A DNA stretch of 64,000 bases from an uncultured virus (IMG/VR IMGVR_UViG_3300020049_001894) (lineage: Duplodnaviria; Heunggongvirae; Uroviricota; Caudoviricetes). The DNA lies in IMG/VR virus record IMGVR_UViG_3300020049_001894; one strand, written 5' to 3'. Below are positions 56,729 to 61,180 of this stretch, in pieces. Each line of letters opens with the position of its first letter. Positions within the stretch are counted from its first letter, which is position 1. The position numbers and the translations under genes are program-made. The notes under the pieces were generated by a model. That model ran no database searches. It was given only the letters and a program-made list of their open reading frames with translations, and was not told the origin of the DNA.

Positions 56729-56850
56729 CCACCCGACTAGCAGTTGCATTCGTTATCGGCATCCCCGTGCTGTGGGCCTGCTGGCTTGCATACAAGCTCG
56801 CTGAGTACGCGGTTCGGGGGTGGTATTGGATTAAAGGAGAAAAGACATGA
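56725..56850 (+). CDS. 41-aa membrane peptide
   Basis: Own translation: MTTRLAVAFVIGIPVLWACWLAYKLAEY...; ATGA overlaps. Confidence 0.5.
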   Translation: MTTRLAVAFVIGIPVLWACWLAYKLAEYAVRGWYWIKGEKT

Positions 56851-56942
56851 CAACAGGAGCCGAGCAATTGGCAAACGAACTCGTCGGTGGCTATTCTGAG
56901 TCTACATGGCCGCTCAGTGGTCGCCGCTTTTAGGAGTTGGTT

Positions 56943-57161
56943 ATGAGTGAACTACTAGAGGCCGCCAGAGCGGTCATTACCTGGCATGAACGTTGGCCTA
57001 AATTAGCGCCGATTCAGTGCCCACGCATGCCAGATGGGAGGGCACTTGCCTGCCGCTGCAACACGATTTGCTGCCATGAGCGTCTGCGCTTGGCAATCGC
57101 CACGGAAGACAGCATGCAACATAACGCCGGAGACAAGCCGCCGCAGGTCGGCCTTGATTGA
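56943..57161 (+). CDS. Cassette-borne Cys-rich hypothetical protein
   Basis: AGGAG RBS; ATG within GTTATG; ends HNAGDKPPQVGLD inside the attC-like site. Confidence 0.65.
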   Translation: MSELLEAARAVITWHERWPKLAPIQCPRMPDGRALACRCNTICCHERLRLAIATEDSMQHNAGDKPPQVGLD

Positions 57162-57171
57162 CCTGTTAAAT
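57119..57171 (-). repeat. attC-like site (53 bp)
   Basis: ACATAAC GCCGG AGACAAGCCG CC GCA GG T CGGCCTT G ATT GACCT GTTAAAT. Confidence 0.85.
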
Positions 57172-57194
57172 GACAAACCTTTGAACGGAGAAAG

Positions 57195-57401
57195 ATGATG
57201 CACACGATACCAAAACACTTGGGCGAATTTACCGCACTGGCCCAAGGTAAAACCGATTACACAGTGCAAGTGATACACACCAACCCCGAGTCGTATGGCG
57301 ACTTGATGACGATCTGCGCGACAGAGGGAGCGGTGTACATCACACGCGAGCAGGCGAAAGCGTTTTTTGGGTTGGTTGAACCTTTGCCATTTAACGCATA
57401 G
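57195..57401 (+). CDS. Cassette-borne hypothetical protein
   Basis: GGAGA RBS; ends LPFNA. Confidence 0.7.
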   Translation: MMHTIPKHLGEFTALAQGKTDYTVQVIHTNPESYGDLMTICATEGAVYITREQAKAFFGLVEPLPFNA

Positions 57402-57442
57402 CTGCCCGGTGCGAAGCATCCGCGCCGAGCGTTGAGTTAAAC
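57389..57442 (-). repeat. attC-like site (54 bp)
   Basis: ATTTAAC GCATA GCTGCCCGG TGC GAA GCA T CCGCGCC G AGC GTTGA GTTAAAC. Confidence 0.85.
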
Positions 57443-57470
57443 CGAATTTTTACCGGAGAAGGAATAGAAC

Positions 57471-57665
57471 ATGAAAGACAAGCTGATTGCAGCAGGCGTG
57501 AAAAACTTGCGCGAATTTGGCTACCCAAAATGCAACGCAGAAAACATTTTGACCGACATGGTTTACAAGGCATTTTTTGTCTCAATGCTTAAAGACAACA
57601 AGGGGCACTCGCCACAAGTAGACAAGGCCATTGACGAATTGTTGACGATCTGCAATGCGGTTTAA
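57471..57665 (+). CDS. Cassette-borne hypothetical protein
   Basis: Stop is the TAA of GTTTAAC. Confidence 0.75.
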   Translation: MKDKLIAAGVKNLREFGYPKCNAENILTDMVYKAFFVSMLKDNKGHSPQVDKAIDELLTICNAV

Positions 57666-57746
57666 CGCAGAAGTGAAAGGCGACACCAAATGACCACCGA
57701 ACAACCAACCCCGCCGCCAGTCGTCCTTTCGACTGCCCTGTTAAAC
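57660..57746 (-). repeat. attC-like site (87 bp) with a start codon in its loop
   Basis: GTTTAAC GCAGA AGTGAAAGG CGAC [loop] GTCG T CCTTTC G ACT GCCCT GTTAAAC. Confidence 0.85.
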
Positions 57747-57974
57747 CCTTTGCCGTGCCCATTTTGCGGCCATGTTGGGCTTGACTTCCGTGAAGGCACC
57801 ACGTTCCGCTGGATCATCGCGAAGTGCGGCGGCTGCGGTGCAACACGCGGAGAGACGTGCATACAGACCCTAGGCCAAGGGACAAAAGACGAGTGGATGC
57901 AGGAAGCGCAACAAGATGCCATTGCAATCTGGAACACGAGGTTTAACGCAGAAATAACCGGCTTGTCCGGTTGA
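57690..57974 (+). CDS. Lar-like restriction-alleviation family zinc-finger protein (cassette-borne)
   Basis: LPCPFCG...CGGCGA...AIAIWNTR signature. Confidence 0.75.
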   Translation: MTTEQPTPPPVVLSTALLNPLPCPFCGHVGLDFREGTTFRWIIAKCGGCGATRGETCIQTLGQGTKDEWMQEAQQDAIAIWNTRFNAEITGLSG

Positions 57975-57988
57975 TTGCCCGGTTATCG
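57941..57988 (-). repeat. attC-like site (48 bp, minimal)
   Basis: GTTTAAC GCAGA AATAACCGG CTTG T CCGGTT G ATT GCCCG GTTATCG. Confidence 0.85.
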
Positions 57989-58014
57989 GGCTGGAACAGA
58001 AATAGGAGATTGAA

Positions 58015-58311
58015 ATGCTGAATCCAGAAGACTCAAACATGGCAGCGAATGCAATTTGTCATGCCGCACTAATGTGTCAAGAGGCGTTCCGCCAAGCCAC
58101 TCACGGGTACGGAACCCCAAGCGCAATCTACAAGCCAAAGTTGTTTGTAGACGGAAACCAGTGGTGCGCGCTGCTTGGGGAAAACATCCAAGTAGGCGTG
58201 TGCGGGTTTGGATCCACGCCACACCATGCAATGGCTGCGTTTGACCGAGCGTGGTTTGCGCCTCTGCCAGATAACGCCGGAAATAAGCCGCCGCAGGTCG
58301 GCCTTGATTGA
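58015..58311 (+). CDS. Cassette-borne hypothetical phage protein
   Basis: DGNQWCALLGENIQ.GV.GFG.TP; ends DNAGNKPPQVGLD. Confidence 0.75.
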   Translation: MLNPEDSNMAANAICHAALMCQEAFRQATHGYGTPSAIYKPKLFVDGNQWCALLGENIQVGVCGFGSTPHHAMAAFDRAWFAPLPDNAGNKPPQVGLD

Positions 58312-58321
58312 CCTGTTATGT
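58269..58321 (-). repeat. attC-like site (53 bp)
   Basis: AGATAAC GCCGG AAATAAGCCG CC GCA GG T CGGCCTT G ATT GACCT GTTATGT. Confidence 0.88.
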
Positions 58322-58334
58322 GACGGGGTGAGCC

Positions 58335-58715
58335 ATGCCATACAAAGACAAAGCGAAAAAGGTAGCGAATGGGAAAGCCTACTACGCGGCCAACAAAGAG
58401 CGCATAGACGCACGAAACGCCGCGTATAGGGCTTTGCATCTTGACGAGGAACGTCAGCGGCAAATCGCATGGCGAACGGAAAACAGAGACAGAAGCAACG
58501 CAATAAAAGCGAAGCACAAGGCCGCAAACCCTGACAAGGTTGCCGCCCAAGCCAAGAAGGAACGCGACACGCTGGCCGATGGGTATGTGAGAAAAAAGAT
58601 AGCGCAGGTGTACGCAATACCTGCGGCGCAGATACCGGAGCCGCTGGTAGGCGCACACCGTGAATTATTAAAACTCAAACGGGAGATATGGAAATGCAGA
58701 ACTGTGACGAACTAA
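58335..58715 (+). CDS. Basic helical protein (first gene of a two-gene cassette)
   Basis: Lys/Arg-rich YYAANKER-type repeats. Confidence 0.7.
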   Translation: MPYKDKAKKVANGKAYYAANKERIDARNAAYRALHLDEERQRQIAWRTENRDRSNAIKAKHKAANPDKVAAQAKKERDTLADGYVRKKIAQVYAIPAAQIPEPLVGAHRELLKLKREIWKCRTVTN

Positions 58716-58909
58716 GGGCAGAACTGGCGCAGATCTTTGCGCAGCTAAAGGACGGTGCAATTAAGCCGAGCGAAGCCGCCGAACTGGCGAACCTAGCCGG
58801 GAAGATGATCGGCAGCGCGAAGGTGCAGGTTGAGTATTACGCGCTGCGAAAAGAACAGCCGCGTATAGAGTGGCTGGAGTCACATAACGCAGAGGTGAGT
58901 GGCGCGTAG
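58688..58909 (+). CDS. Hypothetical protein (second gene of a two-gene cassette)
   Basis: GGAG RBS; ends HNAEVSGA in the attC-like site. Confidence 0.7.
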   Translation: MEMQNCDELRAELAQIFAQLKDGAIKPSEAAELANLAGKMIGSAKVQVEYYALRKEQPRIEWLESHNAEVSGA

Positions 58910-58935
58910 CGTCCCGCTCGACTGCCCTGTTAAAC
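58882..58935 (-). repeat. attC-like site (54 bp)
   Basis: ACATAAC GCAGA GGTGAGTGG CGC GTA GCG T CCCGCTC G ACT GCCCT GTTAAAC. Confidence 0.85.
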
Positions 58936-58952
58936 AATACTGAAAGAAAGCA

Positions 58953-59129
58953 ATGTTCTCAATACATTTTCACAAGCCTCCGCAATGGCACTGGATGCCG
59001 AGCACACACCAAGTGGTGCAGTTTCTGCCAAACAGCAAGTATTGCCACGGGTGCTGCGTCTATCAGTGGCTTTTCATCGGCATTGAATTACGCCTCAAAG
59101 TTTTCGAGCAATCGAGGCTTGAGTGGTGA
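58953..59129 (+). CDS. Cassette-borne 58-aa protein (below the ORF-track cutoff)
   Basis: Own translation: MFSIHFHKPPQWHWM...SRLEW; fills the cassette exactly. Confidence 0.55.
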   Translation: MFSIHFHKPPQWHWMPSTHQVVQFLPNSKYCHGCCVYQWLFIGIELRLKVFEQSRLEW

Positions 59130-59130
59130 T

Positions 59131-59181
59131 GTTTAACGCAGAAATCAGCGCCCGTAGGTGCGATGGATTGCCCGGTTATCG
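59131..59181 (-). repeat. attC-like site (51 bp)
   Basis: GTTTAAC GCAGA AATCAGCGC CC GTA GG T GCGATG G ATT GCCCG GTTATCG. Confidence 0.82.
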
Positions 59182-59205
59182 GGCTGGAACAAATATAGGA
59201 GAGAA

Positions 59206-59301
59206 ATGATGAAACTTGTATGTATACACCGATGGACACTGATGACCGATTACCCGCCGCACTATTCGCGGTGCAGTAAATGCGGAGCAACTAAATCATG
59301 A
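59206..59301 (+). CDS. 31-aa zinc-finger-like peptide (cassette-borne)
   Basis: AGGAG RBS; CIHRW...CSKCG. Confidence 0.55.
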   Translation: MMKLVCIHRWTLMTDYPPHYSRCSKCGATKS

Positions 59302-59447
59302 AACCCAACATTTATTCAAAGATCATTTACATCGTTCTTTTCGGTTTCTTCGCTTCGCCATTTCTGCTGATCGGCCTGCTTGCCGGTGCTATATGGATTT
59401 CGCTTAGGACGGGCTGGTGGTGGGCAGAAAAGTTCGGCAACTTGTAA
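59298..59447 (+). CDS. 49-aa membrane peptide (cassette-borne)
   Basis: ATGA overlap; IIYIVLFGFFASPFLLIGLLAGAIWISL. Confidence 0.55.
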   Translation: MKPNIYSKIIYIVLFGFFASPFLLIGLLAGAIWISLRTGWWWAEKFGNL

Positions 59448-59451
59448 TGCC

Positions 59452-59580
59452 AGATAACGCGATGTATACCGCAAAACCTGCAATATAACGTGGCAACTTG
59501 CAGCATAAAAACAGCCTCTAGCCCATGCCAAATAAGGCTAGAGTGCTCATCTAAAAATAGCACGAAAGGATGTAGAAATG
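59452..59580 (-). promoter_or_regulatory. attI-like site plus conserved block, copy 2
   Basis: Minus strand GGTATAC-ATCGC-GTTATCT; homologous to 1876-2004. Confidence 0.6.
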
Positions 59581-59973
59581 AACCCAACAAAAATTGAGAT
59601 AATGAACCCAACAAAAATTAAGATCGTCGTCCAGGGCGTACCTGTGCCCACTGACGACGCTTGGGTAGTAACACGGCATGAGGATATTGCACTGGTAGTC
59701 TTGGACATGCAAACTAAATGGTGTGTACTCGGAGCAACCTCCGGCGTATACGACAGGGAATCAAAGCTGTACACGCCATGTGTGCACATCTCCCCTACGG
59801 ATCGGGCCATGCAAATCGTTGCAGGGCGTGACATGACTGATGACGACATGGACACAGAAATTGCATTCCCAGAATTCCAAGGCTGGGATATAGCTGTGTC
59901 GGATTGCCAGCGGTACACGCTGAGTGTGTGCTTCACAAAACGGGCCGGAACAAACGAAGGAGATAAGCAATGA
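59578..59973 (+). CDS. Hypothetical protein with a duplicated 8-codon N-terminus
   Basis: MNPTKIEI MNPTKIKI; C-terminal part matches 1..221. Confidence 0.7.
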   Translation: MNPTKIEIMNPTKIKIVVQGVPVPTDDAWVVTRHEDIALVVLDMQTKWCVLGATSGVYDRESKLYTPCVHISPTDRAMQIVAGRDMTDDDMDTEIAFPEFQGWDIAVSDCQRYTLSVCFTKRAGTNEGDKQ

Positions 59974-60062
59974 GCAAACAATCGAACGCCAAAGAAGCCC
60001 AGCAATATGTGGCAAAAGCACCCCCGCAAACGTGCGGGGTGTGCAGGAATTGCGTGCCCGTG
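59753..60062 (+). repeat. Long direct repeat, copy 2 of 1-310
   Basis: Direct alignment by eye. Confidence 0.95.
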
Positions 60063-60221
60063 ATTGGTGCAGTGCTGATCTATAAAAACCCTAAGTCAAT
60101 CGCCGATGGGACGCATTACGTGGATGCTCAGGTGGCCCAGAAGTGCGGCATTGGCGGCTTCGCGGTGAAGAAAATGGGCACTTGCCGCATGTGGTTGCCA
60201 CTTCTGCCAGATAACGACTGA
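59970..60221 (+). CDS. Cys-rich hypothetical protein (eroded cassette)
   Basis: CGVCRNC...CGIGGFAVKKMGTC; ends LPDND in the attC-like site. Confidence 0.7.
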   Translation: MSKQSNAKEAQQYVAKAPPQTCGVCRNCVPVIGAVLIYKNPKSIADGTHYVDAQVAQKCGIGGFAVKKMGTCRMWLPLLPDND

Positions 60222-60268
60222 AATAACCGGCACGCTTTAGCGTGTCCGGGTTGATTGACGGGTTAGCC
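60209..60268 (-). repeat. attC-like site (60 bp)
   Basis: AGATAAC GACTG AAATAACCGG CACGC TTTA GCGTG T CCGGGTT G ATT GACGG GTTAGCC. Confidence 0.85.
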
Positions 60269-60335
60269 GTGCGCCCGATGAATGCACGGCGACTGATGAG
60301 GATTTGAACATGACCGCAGTGGCCTGGGAACAGAA

Positions 60336-60569
60336 ATGAACTACATCACAAAGACGACGAGCGTGACAGTGCTGCCAGAAGGCGAGCCGCTGTACTCTGA
60401 AATGGCAACTGAAATCAAGATGACAGACGATGAAGGCGGCTGGGAGTTTGTTGAGGTGGTGCAGAGTGGCAGAACGGATGTCGGTAAGATATGCATTGCC
60501 CCCGAAGAGTGGCCTGCAATCCGCGATGCGGTTGACTCGATGATTAAACAATGTGGGGGCGCGAAATGA
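60336..60569 (+). CDS. Hypothetical phage protein
   Basis: DDEGG.EFVEV.Q..I.PEEWP..R.A motif. Confidence 0.7.
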   Translation: MNYITKTTSVTVLPEGEPLYSEMATEIKMTDDEGGWEFVEVVQSGRTDVGKICIAPEEWPAIRDAVDSMIKQCGGAK

Positions 60570-60862
60570 CGCCTCGCCAACGAGAAATCCTTGAAGCCAT
60601 GCGCCACGGGCCAATGACAGCAGTTGAGCTGTCAAAGACTACCAGCATAGGCCGCAGTTGGATGAGCGATCTGCTGGCCGCAGTACACAAAGCTGGGCTG
60701 ACTGAGCGCTACGAGCGCAAGCCCGGCGCTACGGGCAGCAACTGGGAGTACGTCTACAGCTTGTCTGACGCTGGGCGTAAAGCGATTGGGCTGGATACGA
60801 GCGGGAACAACCCGTTTTTATGGCGTAGCTTTAAGCAGCCTGTGGCGATGGGGGCGATATGA
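60566..60862 (+). CDS. Winged-HTH protein; paralog of 2002..2289
   Basis: Shares MTPRQREILE and GNNPFLWR..KQPVAMGA. Confidence 0.75.
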   Translation: MTPRQREILEAMRHGPMTAVELSKTTSIGRSWMSDLLAAVHKAGLTERYERKPGATGSNWEYVYSLSDAGRKAIGLDTSGNNPFLWRSFKQPVAMGAI

Positions 60863-60934
60863 TGAATCAATTTTCAAAAGGGTTTATGCGATGATTTACA
60901 TTCTAATCATGGTGATTTTTATTCTGGCTGACCT

Positions 60935-61156
60935 ATGACCACTCTACCCGACCACCTCAAGGCTCTGGAGTCTCGCTTGGGACTCACGGAGCCACAAGCG
61001 GCTAGGTACCTCGGGGTGCCTGTCACCACTTATCGCAAGTGGCGCAATGGGACACGGAAGCCGGGGAGTGTGGTGTATCGAGTGTTGTTTCTGGTGCAGT
61101 TGATTGAACGGGCTGCGCCAGATGCTCACAGGATTTTATTGGAGGATGTGAAATGA
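60935..61156 (+). CDS. XRE/Cro-like HTH protein
   Basis: LGLTEPQAARYLGVPVTTYRKWRNG.RKP. Confidence 0.8.
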   Translation: MTTLPDHLKALESRLGLTEPQAARYLGVPVTTYRKWRNGTRKPGSVVYRVLFLVQLIERAAPDAHRILLEDVK

Positions 61157-61158
61157 AC

Positions 61159-61179
61159 AAAGCCCCTCGCGGGGCTTTT
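61159..61179. terminator. Bidirectional terminator between convergent genes
   Basis: AAAGCCCC-TCGC-GGGGCTTTT. Confidence 0.75.
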
Positions 61180-61180
61180 C

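Larger units (their letters stand above)
56940..59577 (-). mobile_element. Integron-like cassette array B: 7 attC-like sites, attI-like end, no intI
   Basis: Hairpins at 57119, 57389, 57660, 57941, 58269, 58882, 59131; units of 249-613 bp; attI-like site 59452-59470. Confidence 0.85.

Noticed and set aside
57119..60268. CRISPR array interpretation of the repeats
   Set aside because: Repeats differ in sequence and length, and the intervals are 249-613 bp containing whole ORFs.
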